Below, piece by piece: positions 26,576 to 39,799 of a DNA stretch of 64,000 nt. Origin of the DNA: Cycas panzhihuaensis. Taxonomy: Eukaryota; Plantae; Cycadophyta. Below the pieces are notes generated by a model. That model saw only the letters and a program-made list of their open reading frames with translations, searched no databases and had not been told where the DNA came from. Positions within the stretch are counted from its first letter, which is position 1; each line of letters begins with the position of its first letter. Both the position numbers and the translations under genes were made by a program. The stretch spans positions 146,513,741 through 146,577,740 of the forward strand of contig CM041465.1 of the NCBI GenBank assembly GCA_023213395.1. The letters run 5' to 3'.

Positions 26576-29500
26576 TATTAAAACATAATGTTTAATATAT
26601 ATGATGTACACATATACTTCTCACCATTCACCTACTTTGAGATATGTGAGATACACATATATCCATGTTATTCTATTATTAGATGATGTGATAGCTCATT
26701 ATATTTGATAGGCTACTCATGAGGTGATTCTCACTATTTACATATACACTCACCACTTGAGAATTTAAGAAAGGAAATCAAGGAGAGAGAAGAAAGATGT
26801 AAACCTTATGATCATAAGTAGAATCCTAGCTCCACCTTCTCCCATGGTTTTTCCCACAATGGGTTTTCTACATATAAATCTTGTTGTATTATGGTGATGA
26901 TTATATTTGATGGTGCTTGCTTTCCTTTACATTCATGTTAAGTAATTAATTATGTGTACATAATCAAGAGTTTATATTATTGCATGTTTATATTTTTAAC
27001 ATGGTATCAGAGTAGTGTTGTATCTAAACTACTATGGTAAGGTGCAGATCGTATGCAGATCAAGTCTATCGAACCTATGACATGAGCCATTTATAAAGAG
27101 TTTTTTGATGAGTTAGATGCATATATATGCTAGTGACATACACAACAAATTATATGGTAGATAAATCTAGTTAAACCCTATATAGGATAGATACAAATGA
27201 TATTGATGGTATGTTAATATGTGATTTTATTATGGACATTCATTCATGCATGTGGGCTTATATTCTTGAGAGAATGCAAGCAGTCCACACAATGTTATAT
27301 TTAGCCCATAAGTGAAAGCTTTTTTAAGTGTCCCTTAATGGACTCACTATCACTCATGAACCATTCTAGAGGCTTTTGCGAGTGTCTCACAATGAGATTT
27401 GCTACCTGAATAAAGACACAACCATCAATACACATGAAGAAGATAACAAACCTATACAAACAGCATATTGGAAGGTATCTTAGTGATCATATAAAAGATA
27501 TACGATAATTTTTATTATAGCATGAAATACTTATGTTAATGGGCTTACATATACATAGTATATGGAATATGAATGAACTTATTATGGTGGCATAAGGTTA
27601 TGGTAACTTGAGATAAAAGAGATACAATAGCATGTGATATATTAAGATATTAAGATCACTTTATATGTGTGATATATGATATATGGTTAACATTTTTTAT
27701 GGTATTATTAAAACCCTAAGTCAAGGATGGAGGATGATTATTCCTAAAACCCATGGTTTGATTAATAGTTGGCCTATATAGGAGCTCTCACCTTCATAAC
27801 AACAAGCATGCATTACTCTCTAGTCCTCTACACCCAAAAACTGCGAGATAATAGACATCCATATTGATATGCCTATCCAGTTTATTCTACACCCTCCATA
27901 GCCATGTAACATAAGAATAAATAGTTACTAGATAAACCCTATCAATGAATACTTTCCATTCAAATCAAAGATAAGTAGCCCATGTACCATTCAAGACCTA
28001 CAATCAAATGCCCATTGCCTTACTATGGCACCATATACAACTATGGAGATTAATGCCCTCCATTAAGTATATAAGCAACACTCATATAGGAACACACAAT
28101 GTGGCCATAAAGTATATTCAAATATGCATATGTTTATCTTTTACACATGTTAATAGGGGACACAGATAGACCATAGAGATTATGCCCAAAGTATTTTTTA
28201 GGTTTTGCCAGAGTCGCCTATCCATTGTGGAGCCACAAAAAATAGATAAACTTACCTTCCATTCCAAATGCTACTGCAAAATATATGGTGGCTAATATAC
28301 CCACCACATGCCCTGACAATTGAGATTGTGTCCTATGCCCACTATCCTTGACCATTGTTAATAACAAGCATGCATTTGGCCATATACAGGTTTGTTATAA
28401 GTTGTTTACATGAAGATAAAAATAGAGATCAAAACACTAGAACTTGCAGATATTTTTAAAGTATGCATATAAATTTATAAATTTGATCAACCAATGTTAT
28501 CTAGTCATAGATCAATCAGAGATGATATATAGAGTCAAAATCATTGAGTATGATTTTTTTAAAACCTTTAAAAAAATTACATATGGTTTCAAAAATTTAA
28601 CTAGATTATATAAGATTTTAAATCCATTTGAAAATGGTTACATGGAAAGCACATACTACTAGGGGCTATGTCATAAAGGAGCATACTTCAATTTTTTAAA
28701 AGTTAGATTGAATAGCTTTTATTTTTTTTAATTTTGTATTTGATATTTGATAAAATTTCAATTCCATCACTAATTTCTAAAGGATCACATACTTTTTCAT
28801 GGCATACTAGCATATTTTACACCATAACTCATCACTCATGTATTAAAATTAGATTCCATCTATTGCATTGGAAAGAAGACTTCGAGATGATTACAACAAG
28901 TGGTCACACGACCTACTATAGATAGCAGAAGATAGAGAAAATTTATGGTAAAGTTGATGCAAAGGATTTAAACTTCATTTTGGATGAATTTCATATCAGT
29001 TTTTAGAAAAATTTCAATTAATTTTAATATTTTGTATGGCTCTAATCATGATGGTAGCCTTGTTTCTAAAGAATTATGGATGAAAATTAAAGTTTTGTTT
29101 AAAATCAAGTATTTTGAGGTCTATTTATAATATTTTGAGGCCTATTTAGTTGAAAATTTTCATTAAGTGAGAAAAATTTGATGAAGTTATGACATAAGAC
29201 ATCCTTCATATGCTGGTCTTTCATTTCCCCCTTGGCAACATCACATTTGGTTTAGAAAATGATAAAACCTTAACCAATCATACATATCACCTGATTATTG
29301 AAGCAGTTTTTGTTATCTAGTTAGATGTCCAAGATGATCCAACTATTGACTTAATCTAGTTGATGAAATTTTATTGGTCCTACAAATAATTTAAAAAGAT
29401 GATGAACCATGTATTTAAAGTAATTTCTAAGTAAACTAGCAATTATAGTGGTTGATCACCCATGTATTTTAGTAAATAGATATTGTTTTATATAGACTTA

Positions 29501-30347
29501 GATATCAGTTTGCCTGATTTAATGGTTAAATTAATGTCGATTGAAAGAAACCACCAAACAGGTGAAGATATGAAGATGTGTACAAAACACTTCATATATG
29601 TTAGTTTATATAGGTTGATACTTGATGGAGACAAGTTATAGTTATAGGTCTTTTACAGATTATAAATGATTTTGGTGATTAATATAGAAGCTATGCCCAA
29701 ACGAGAACCTTACAGTATGATGAATTTACCTGTAACATATAGGATACAGGATACAATTATAGGTTATTTATAGGTTATAGGTGATACTATTTATAGGATA
29801 TAAGATATAATTATAGGATATAGGAGATAGTTACAGCTTACAGGTGCCAACATACAAGATGAAGACTTTAAGACTCAAAATCAAGATTGAAGGATATTAA
29901 ACATTATGGAGGGGTGCTAAAACATAATGTTTAATGTATATGGTGTACACATGCACTTCCTACTATTCACCTACTTTGATCTATGTGGAATGTACATATA
30001 TCCATGATATGCCATTATTAGATAATGTAACAACTCATTGTATTTAATAACCTACTCAAGAGGTGATTCTCACTATTTATATGTACACTCTTGAGAATTT
30101 GAGAAATGAGAGCAAGGAAAAATAAAAAGATATAAATCTTATGATCATAAGTGGAGTCCTAACTCTACCTTCTCCCATGTTTTTTTCCACAATAGGTTTT
30201 CCACATATAAATCTTGGTGTCTTCTAGTGATGATTATGTTTGATGATGCTTACTTTACTTTACATTCATGTTAATTAATTTATTATGTATACATACTCAT
30301 GAGTTCATATTACTGCATCTTTATGTTTTCAACATGGTATTAGAGTA
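26576..30347 (+). mobile_element. Non-autonomous LTR element B nested in gag of element C
   Basis: LTRs 26576-27001(27014) and 29915-30334(30347); PBS-Met TGGTATCAGAG 27002; PPT GGAGGGG 29908-29914; TSD ATTTC/ATTTT; host gag reads through when removed. Confidence 0.9.
29735..29845 (+). repeat. Low-complexity TACAGG/TATAGG tandem repeat just upstream of PPT of element B
   Basis: Direct inspection. Confidence 0.7.
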
Positions 30348-32022
30348 ATTTTTCTACCCTATTTTTAATACTTTCCTTTCATAGGGGGAGAATAAGGTGT
30401 TTTAAGCTTTGTATAAGGTTTGAGAGATCTCTATATTATGATCCACTTAATCTTCTATAGATAAGTGGAGGAAAGACAAGTCTATATTACCCTTAGCTTT
30501 GAAGTTAGATAAGGCAATTGGATTGGGTGAAATGACAATGGTAGGATTGTTAAGGTCTTGGGTAGGTTTAGGTAAAAGGATATCACCATTGACATAACTC
30601 TAATTATCATTCAAGATGAGGAGGTTTTTCACTTGTTCATTCCATGATATAAAATTATTTAGGCCATGAAATTTGATGGTATTTAATAGAAATATTTGGG
30701 ATACCATTTTGAAGTGTCCTTTAGTTTTTGAATTTTATGTATTTATGTCTTATCTACTTAAGGGGCTATTATTCTAGAATTCTAAGTTTATGAGTCCCCA
30801 AAAAAGCTCTTAATTGCTATCACATCTAGTGATGGCTACCCATAAATGGTAAACTCGAGACCCTATGTACTAGTACATGAGTTCAAGGATCTATATATCT
30901 CAGTACATAGGCTATAAAGAAGGTCAAAGACCCCCCCTAAATTTTTAGTCTACCTTCGCCAAATATACCTTAAGATAGATCTAACTAAGAACTACAACCA
31001 AGGAAATCATCTCCTCTAAGTCTAGCGTAGTCTCCAATTGCCAAAAAATAAGTTTTCCACCTCAACCTACTACTTAATACATATTATAGCCAATGGTTTC
31101 CTTTAATATTTATAGAATTCAAGAAATACCAAAGGCATATATAGAGTTATAACTTCATGGTTCCTAACCATTCCTCTTACAAGGTTGGTATAGTTTACTT
31201 GTATATTAAGAAATATCTTTATTAATCTTTCAAGCTAAAGATGGATTTTAATGTGTTTTTGCTTATAAACAAGATTTAAAAAAAAAAAAAAAGCTAAAAA
31301 TAAAAGGAAATGTAAGAACTTGAAAGGAAATATAAGGTTTAGAGAGCTCTTTGATGGACTTTATTATAAGAAGATCCACCTTAATCTTTTAGAAAGAACA
31401 CCTACAATAACCAAACCACAAGCATTTGTTAGCTCAAAAATTAGAGTAGAACAACCTCCTAATAAATACCACTAACATACAATATCAAAAGATCTAATAT
31501 AAAATAGAATTTAAGCCTTCAATTGATGAAAAAATACTTAAGAATATTTAAATAAAAAGGTCAATTTGATTAGCTTGGAACTCTTAAAAAATGAACGCAA
31601 ATTAGGCTAAAAATTGGTTCAAATTATAGCTCTTTGAATTACCTTTCCAACGGTTTAGACAATTCCTAAATTTGACTCTCTATTGAAAAGTTATAGCAAA
31701 ACCTATGACAGATACCCTTTATGATGAAAAATCTAAATAGGGATAGCTTAAGCCCCCTTTGTTGGTTAGCCATTATTCATAGAATGAGAACATGTGACCA
31801 TAAGTTGGAGCATCTGATTGCTTTGTAGATGTAATGAATTTAAGTGGAATAACCTTATAGAGGTGTAATACCTTTTCTTAAATGCTTATGTAGGTGTTAT
31901 AAAGAAAAATGACCTTAAATGGAGTCGAATAGGCTTGTAATGCTCATACGACTGTCCGAGGTTGCAAACTTAAAAATAAATACTAAAAACTTCATGTGAA
32001 TACTTGGAACAGTAGTAGAGCA

Positions 32023-35000
32023 TGTTGAAAAAATAATAGAAGGAGTGCAGAGCAAAGTAGATATTCACATACTAATCCATCATGAGAAAACATAAGTACA
32101 TATTATTCAATCCATCTTGTAAGAGTACATCAAGTTTCCAAATATTGGTGGTGTCAAAAGACATTAGGGTTAGTCACCCCAGAAAATATATAGTTTGAGG
32201 GAAGAGGGAAACCTCCTCAACCTCTAAAATTTAAACAACATTAAAATAATATTTAACTCAAGTTAGAGTTAATCTTACTTGACTTACCTTAACATGTGTG
32301 TGCTCACATGTGCAAAAAGTAGGAATGAGGTGATGAGCATTAACCCCAACATTTTCTCCTTTAATGGTCATCACCATGATTCTTCATTTATCCTTGAACT
32401 TGTGGTACTTGTATTTGAAAATGACTTTGAAAACTTGTCCTTTAGTTTGGTAATCAGCATACTTAAAAATGGTAACTTGCTTTGTTATCTTATCACTAAC
32501 ATGTGTCTTTTCAAAATCATTTAGTGATGGTAGCTTCCAAGTAGGTTTTGTTGATGTAGCTTGATGTGAATGAATGGTAATTCCTTTGTATTGATCTTGG
32601 TTCTTCATTAGAGTTAAGTTCTGAATACATATCTTCATATCAAATGTAATATTAGAAATATTATTTTTAATGAAATCTAAGTTAATACAAGAAATGTTAA
32701 TCTTTTCTTCACATGGTACCTGCTCTACCATCTGCCTCACAGAAAAAGAGTCATCAACATAGTTAGTAGAATTAGAATCAATGGAATCTCCCCCATAAAA
32801 TGAATCTAATATATTCTATACTAATTTAGAAGTAGTCATTTCTGAAACATTTTAAAATATATTATTATCTAAGCTACAAAATAAAAATTCAAAGGCTTCA
32901 TTGTCCCTTTCTAAGTATTCTTTGTTGTTAGGTTTATATCCATCCTTGATATATGTATAAAGGTTATTTGATATTAAGTGAGGTTTCATAATGGTCCTCT
33001 AAAATTAAAAATCATTCCCATTAAATATTGGTAAACTAATATTGTTTAAATTCATTGTCATCATGTAAATGCTTTAGTACATAATCAACAATATGGATTT
33101 AATGAATGAGTAATCTTAAAATAAAAGTATGATGAAAGGACTTCATAAAGTCATAATTAATATGTGAAAGAGATGATCTATATACTCTTATTCTTCAAAT
33201 AAACTAGGAATATGAGCTAGTATACAAACTAGTTCTTTTAACTTGACATATTTTATAGGAAGAAACAAGAAACTATATGCTTTTTTAATGCTTTGAAATG
33301 TAAACTAAACTTTGTAGCTTTCAATGATTTTTGAGATAAATAAATAATGGTATTTTTCAAGTAAGCTTTATAGCTTTCAAATGAATAAGAACTAAAGTCT
33401 TTAATAAAAATGAGATGACTTCTTTGTTAACGTATGCAAGATAATGAGAATTTCTAATTATTCCTTTATAGAGAAAAATAGCAATATGGAAAATTAAATC
33501 TTTTAAGTAGAACCTTTTGTCAAAGTAATAAAAGTACAAGAAAGTTATCTGTATTCAATGAATAATGTTAGAAATAAATAGAATTAATATAGATTATATT
33601 CATTTATTAAATAAACAATGATTCAATTATAATCCTTTGAAATAATAAAATGCTTTAAAAAATTATTAAAAAGGCCTATCTAGGTTAAACACAAAGTTCA
33701 AGTTAACTAGCTTTAAAAACCTATAAAATGATGTCAAAATATAATAAAACTACTCTAGTGTGTAGTACATTGAATTACTTTTCCAACAAATCTAACGGTT
33801 TGAAAAATAAAGTTTGTATAACAAAGTTATTGCAAGAACTATAAGTAGGCCTCTTTATGGCTAGTGAGATAATAGTTGAAAGAAAGGGTCACTTTAGCTA
33901 AATAAAACTTAGCCAAACCAATCTCAAATTTGACAAATAATGGTTCTAAACTATAGCACTCTAAAATATGGTCTCAATGGGACTAGTTTCACCAAAATTT
34001 GATAAGCCAATGATGACTTATACTATTAAATATGATAGTGTCTCTTAGGGTAAATTTATAAAGAAAACTTTAACAAATCAAATTAGCCCCTTTTAATAAT
34101 TTGGGTGCATGGTCATATGGAGATGATTTAAACCAAAAACTAGATATCGATGAGGGCAATAGACCTCAAATAGTTAGAAAATATTTGTCAATCAATGAAA
34201 GCACCCAAAGTAAAAAATAAAGTCTCTTGAAAAAATGAAGAAATTAATCTAGAAAAAGCTTAATAAGAGGTCATATGTAGAATGAAAATGAGGGCTAAAT
34301 AACCAAAGTGGCTAAGCCCTTTTGATCACATATTTTAAATATTATTAATGGTAATTAAATTTCATTTAGACTTTATAACATTAAGGTTATAAATTATATT
34401 AATTTAATATAACAAATCAATATGAAGAAAATAAACTTTTTAATGCACAGAGGCTATGCGACCTATGTGATGATGTAGATAGTGATTTGGAGCAAATCTA
34501 AGGTCTATAATTGATTAGAGAGTGTAGAAAGGGGTTTCAAGGTGCTACAGAGTTAAATCTAAAGTTAGAATGAGAAAAAATGAATAAAAAACATTGATTT
34601 TAAGCTTGTTTAAGAGGGTATTTGATAATGAATAGTGAATGAAAAAAATTGAGAACATAGAGCAGATTTAGCTAGAACAATCACTGAGACTAGCCCAAAA
34701 CTTTCTAATTTTCTTAATGAATAGGGGTGCCTAACTTCATGGGCCCAAAATATTAAAAAATTTCAAAAATTATTTGTTTTAATTGAAAAAATAAAGGAAA
34801 AAAATAAGAAAAGACCTAGATAAAGAAGTTTCGATGACTTAAACTCTTCGTTGGATGCACAGATCTTTACAAAACTTGAAATATAGATAGATCTCTCTAA
34901 TGGATCAAATCTAGTAAAATTTTATGAGAAATGATTGCCTATAGAGTTAGAACAAGCCTCCAAACCAAAAATGGCTAAAAATGGATATGTGTTCACTTCA

Positions 35001-36496
35001 AGAATGATATCTCATAGCACAATCAATGAAACAAAGTAAAATCTTTTCCAATAGTTAGATAACTCAGCTATGAGTAGAAAAAGTAGTCATATGCTATGGT
35101 TCTAAGCAATGTAGAAGAAGTATGAGATGGTTCTAAAATGATAAATAATGGTTCCAAAAATAATGAAATAGAAACCAATGGAACAAAAATGGAATAAAAC
35201 AACTAATAGAGTGAATTTATACAACTAAAAATCAATTAAACTAATGTGGATTTAATCACTGAAAGTTTATTTAACAATGGGACCTTTGACTAATTGGAAA
35301 TATTTGAAAATTTTTTATAAAAATACATAAAAACAAGATCATGCCAAGGTTTACCGGTGAGTCCACATAGGGGTGATTTCATGCAGCTCGTACTCCTCAC
35401 ACGAGCAACAGATCCTAACAAAATTTGAGATACCTCTAAATCTCCTCGATAACTATCTCTCTATACATTTTCACAAAGATATAATTCTTATACACTGAGA
35501 ACAGAGCTATGGAACAAATGAGGGTTGCATATGCACTAAGAGTTTGTGTAGCCTATAAACTGAGTCAAAACAACCCTGAGATAGCTTTGCATAGACCCTA
35601 AGGGGCCTACACCCAAGTTCAATTAGTGAAATAACAATTAAAATGAGAAAAAAAAAGCAAATGGGAGAGGGGAAATGGGGTTTCATTTCCAAAACTAAGC
35701 CACTAAGCTTCCAAGTGAGATATCTCTATGTAGGGGTGATAGTTTTTAGATCTGCCAAATGTGTTGTGAAGCTAGTTCAATGAGGATTCAAATGAGTAGT
35801 CATATGCTATAGTTCCAAGCAATGCAAAAATTGCACTAGCCTATTGAAATCATACAACTTTGCCTAACCTTTGAAAAAATGATGTAAAATAATAGAAAAC
35901 TTAATATTTCATCAATTAAATTAAAAAACCAACTATACCAAACTATTATTGGGCTAAATGTGCTTGAATTTATAGGAAATACTTAGAAAAATATGAGTAA
36001 TAAGCTTGTATATATGAAAAGATCAATTATTTATAAAATATATATATAAGAAAAACTATAGTATGAACTAAAAAAATGTTGAATAAACTTGTTGTGGACA
36101 ATGTTAGAGCCAAGATCTAGGCTCAAAAATTATAGGCCCAAATAGATCTAAGCTCTAATAGTAAATGTTGGAAAAATAATACAAGGAGTGTAGAGCAGAG
36201 TAGGTATTCACATACTAATCCATCATGAGAAAACATAAGCAAAGTATATATTATTCAATCCATCTTGTGAGAGTACATCAAGTTTCCAAATATTGGTGGT
36301 GTTAAAAGACACCAGGATTAATCACCCTAAAAAATATATAGTTTAGAGGAGAGAAACCTTCTCAACCCCTAAAATTTAAACAACATTAAAATAATATTTA
36401 ACTCAAGTTACAGTTAACATTACCTAACTTACTTTAACATGTGTGTGCTCACATGTGAAAAAGGTGGGAGTGGGGTGATGAGCATTAACGCTAACA
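32023..36496 (-). mobile_element. Non-autonomous TR-GAG-like element D nested in the 5' leader of element C
   Basis: LTRs 32023-32351 and 36166-36496; TSD GAGCA (32018-32022, 36497-36501); degenerate PBS-Met ~36151-36163; PPT 32352-32362; only a gag-like ORF. Confidence 0.92.
32384..33055 (-). pseudogene. Copia-type gag N-terminal domain, no pol
   Basis: MNLNNISLPIFNGNDF.F(W)RTIMKPHLISNNLY.YIKDGY...DNEAFEFLFCSLDNNIF.NVSEMTTSKLV(W)NILDSFY, continuing into ORF 32384-32740. Confidence 0.8.
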
Positions 36497-37830
36497 GAGC
36501 AACTTCAAAGGACTTCCAGAATCATTAAATAAACAAAATGGAGCCTACACAAATAGATTAGGGTTGAAATAGGGGCTAAATCTCCATGTTGAGGTTGATA
36601 TGAATCGAATACTGCCTATAGTATGTCAAATTGGCTAATGGCTACTAAATATTATAAGAAAATCTTAAAAATATGTGTGAATGAGATATTATTTTGATAA
36701 ATAGGTCTCTATTTCTTACATAACTCACAAAATAATAATGAAAAGTGCATGTAATGACTCTAATACCATGTTATATTAGCATCAGGATTTACTATTAATA
36801 TGCATTCAATAATAAAACTCAACAAAGCAAATCAAACTACAGAAATGAGATCAAGCATGAAGAAATATGTTGAGTAAATGGCTATAGGTAAATTGGTTGC
36901 ATCGTGTGTCTCTATTCTAATAGAGCTTCTACATGAATAAAATCCAATGTGTAATTGTGAGGTATGGAGATTAATTTATAAGTATACCATAAATAATTAC
37001 AATATTATAATTAGCTGGTATATCAGCAAAGTTGGTAGACTTGATATAGCTTTACATTATGTTTGAATTACAAAAAGGGTTTGCCTAAAGTACATAATAC
37101 ACAAATATATAAATGTTACATTATAATGAAATGGACATTACATGTTTTAATATTAGGGTACTAACTATGAAGAATTATCACATTCATAGGCATACCGGTC
37201 ATATCTAAGGTGTTTAAGGAGGGTAGCTTCCCAACATTAATCACTAACTAATGCACTATAGATGCATAGGTAGTTAACTAGTTTCTTACTCTAGGTTACA
37301 ACAATACTAACCTATAAGGGTTCTTTTATATGCTTGATGGTATGTGGAGGCTTGCTTCCATATGTGGGCATTGTCTAGAACCTTAATATTGATAAAAATC
37401 TACCTCACTTGACATGATGGTATATACTTGAATATATTTAACTAAAAACAACAAATTTCCATAGATATTTTAAAACCTCTTGAATATGGTTTCTACTTAG
37501 ACCTCTAAGGGAATTCGGAAAAGGTAGAAAAAGGGAAAGTTATAAATATATATAATGTCTATGACTCGATTTGTATGAATGATGGTAGAATGATACAAAA
37601 AGAGAATAGAAACATAAAAAGTAGAAATTAACTAAGGAGAGGGTATGTTATATTTCACTATAATAAAAAATAAAAATAAAAAAAATAACCAAAAATTTTA
37701 GCTTCTCTTACCATTCTATGTCTTTGTGATTAGTCCTTGCTACTTCAAATAGACTTACGAGCCAAGCTGTAATATCACTTGGGAAGGTTTTCTCTCAGTA
37801 TTCTTCTATAAATATTTAACTCACAAGCTT

Positions 37831-38189
37831 AAAGGGCAAAATAACATAATATTATGGTAGTAAATCAAATCACTTTTATTATCAAAGGAGATAGATTACA
37901 TAAATGGATATAAAAGTGACACCAAATGGATACTAAATGATCACTAAATATGTACTATAATATGCTCTTATATAAATAAGTTCTTAATATATAAAAATTC
38001 CCAATTTATGTTTAGCAAGCCTTAAATAAAAAATAGAGGTCTCTTATTTAGAATACCATTGGTGAGAATAAGTGGCATCCAACTCCATTAGTAGGAATAA
38101 GAAGTTTATGCATAAAAGTTAATGGCTAACATTAACCACCAGTTTCCTCAATCATATACTAGTAGTTAGTAATAGATAATTATGTAATA
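37831..38189 (-). repeat. Isolated LTR related to the Reina-like LTR at 12789-13182
   Basis: Shared blocks AAAGGGC, TTTTATTATCAAAGGAG, GACACCAAATG, AAGTTCTTAATA, TCCATTAGTAG, AGTTTCCT..TCATAT.CTAGTAG. Confidence 0.8.
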
Positions 38190-38195
38190 ATAAAA

Positions 38196-38202
<7 letters not shown>

Positions 38203-38274
<72 letters not shown>
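38203..38274. repeat. Compound (TA)n(GA)n microsatellite
   Basis: Direct inspection. Confidence 0.97.
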
Positions 38275-38277
<3 letters not shown>

Positions 38278-39740
38278 TAAGATTAATAGTCATAGTAAGT
38301 ACCTTATTAGGATCACTTAATTACTTAAATTCTTCCTTAAGATACTTAAGCTCTACTTCAATATACTCAATGGCTTTAACCTTATTAAATTCTTACATCT
38401 TAATTAAGTCTTCTTCTAATTTCATGTTATTGGGTTCATCTTACTTATTATTATGTTGTTGCAAATACTATACTTATTCCTCTTTAAGTTGCTTACATGT
38501 AGACTCTTTTTATATCTACTCCCTTACTTTTAGGCTTTCTAATTTAGCTATCAATTTATTTATACTTTCTTATCTCTTTAATAGGGTCTCCCAAGGTTCT
38601 TTTCTTTGGAATTTTGCCTTAAATCTCATGAGGGAGTGATCATCATGTCCATATTTATGTTACCATTATTTAATCTAATATAGGTAAAATTTGAGGAAGA
38701 AAGTCATTAAGAAGATTTTCCAATAACTAAATGAAATATTATTTATATCTTAATCAAGTAATAGTAATGAAGATCCTTTCTACCTGGGTGCATCTTAGCT
38801 AATGCCATAGAATCTATTCCATATTATTATTGTGTGAAATTATAGGCCCCATCAATGCTATCCACCTATTATGAGGGTTGAACAATCTTATCCCTTATAT
38901 AGATGAAAATATCCATATAATTTTTCATAATTACTTAAAAAAATATCCCCATCAAAGGACTTTTTTCAACTTAACTTTAACCTTAAAAACTTTCCTTAAA
39001 ACAAAACCTAATATAGTCTCATAACCTCTCATTTTGAAGGCACTAAAGTAGGCTTCCTAATGTAACTAATAGATTTAAAATTTGATACCTTCTATAAATG
39101 CTATGGAAAAAATCATGTGAGTAGGTACTAAAAATTTAACATTAGGATAAATATTGAGTTTAAGCCCCTTAATGTGCTATGAGATTATGTTAATTGTGGT
39201 ATAATTGAAGCCTGGGCAGAACAAAAGAAGGTGACCATAACCAAATAGTTGTAACATCAATGGATGATGTGTAAATGGAAAAGTAATCACATTAGTGATT
39301 GAGTAAGTAACCAAAAGTTAGCATTTTTTGGTTGGGAGTAGTTACAACCAACCATAGAACTGTAATCCCTTCAAGTAATTAACAACCATAAAATAGAAAT
39401 AAATATAGAATGATATTTGTAAAGGGTGTGTGTACACATGTGTATATAATTGCTAAAGGAATATAGAGTGCCATGCATCTATATAGATTATAGCCAAAAG
39501 TTTTATTGTGTATTGTGTTCATTCAAATCTTGTGTACTATTATGAGTTCACATATAGTTGTGAGAAAACTAAATGAAACCTATCATTAATGTAATAATTA
39601 TAGTTCATATTCATTTGATGGTTTGGTATATGATCCTCAAGTTTGTCCTATTATAGAACTGACTAGGATATATGTCATGTCACTTATGCCTACTTGTTGG
39701 TGTTATGCATAGAAGAACGCAAATAAGTAGAAGCATACAT

Positions 39741-39754
39741 TGGTTCCATTACCA
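39741..39754 (+). promoter_or_regulatory. Primer binding site, probably tRNA-Glu
   Basis: TGGTTCCATTACCA equals TGGTTCCGTTGCCG (complement of the plant tRNA-Glu 3' end, from memory) with three G-to-A transitions. Confidence 0.6.
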
Positions 39755-39799
39755 TTTGAACTAGGGCAAGGTAGGATGGATAAAGTCAAGTAAGTTATT

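Larger units (their letters stand above)
22230..30708 (-). pseudogene. Copia gag-pol of element C, interrupted by element B at 26576-30347
   Basis: gag start MVSQIF..NNFISWNEQVKNLL (~30708), gag ORF 26296-26556, knuckle ~26000, protease LFDSGATWHM (~25420-25450), integrase TFIDDYSRKIWVHFL..LRSDNGGEY (24512-24736), RT ~22700-23700, RNase H ~22250-22700. Confidence 0.92.
21838..37152 (-). mobile_element. Full-length Ty1/copia element C with two nested insertions
   Basis: LTRs 21838-22221 and 36769-37152; TSD TTAGG (21833-21837, 37153-37157); PBS-Met 36757-36768 (- strand TGGTATTAGAGT); PPT next to 22222; copia domain order. Confidence 0.95.

Noticed and set aside
28200-28400. Captured receptor-kinase exon (SQLSGHVVG followed by GTAAGT on - strand)
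   Set aside because: No DFG or APE-like motifs; resemblance too short to exceed chance.
37831-38189. Possible missing 5' LTR of the Reina-like element with everything between nested
   Set aside because: No PBS adjacent, no matching TSD, high divergence and ~1.4 kb of unrelated intervening sequence.
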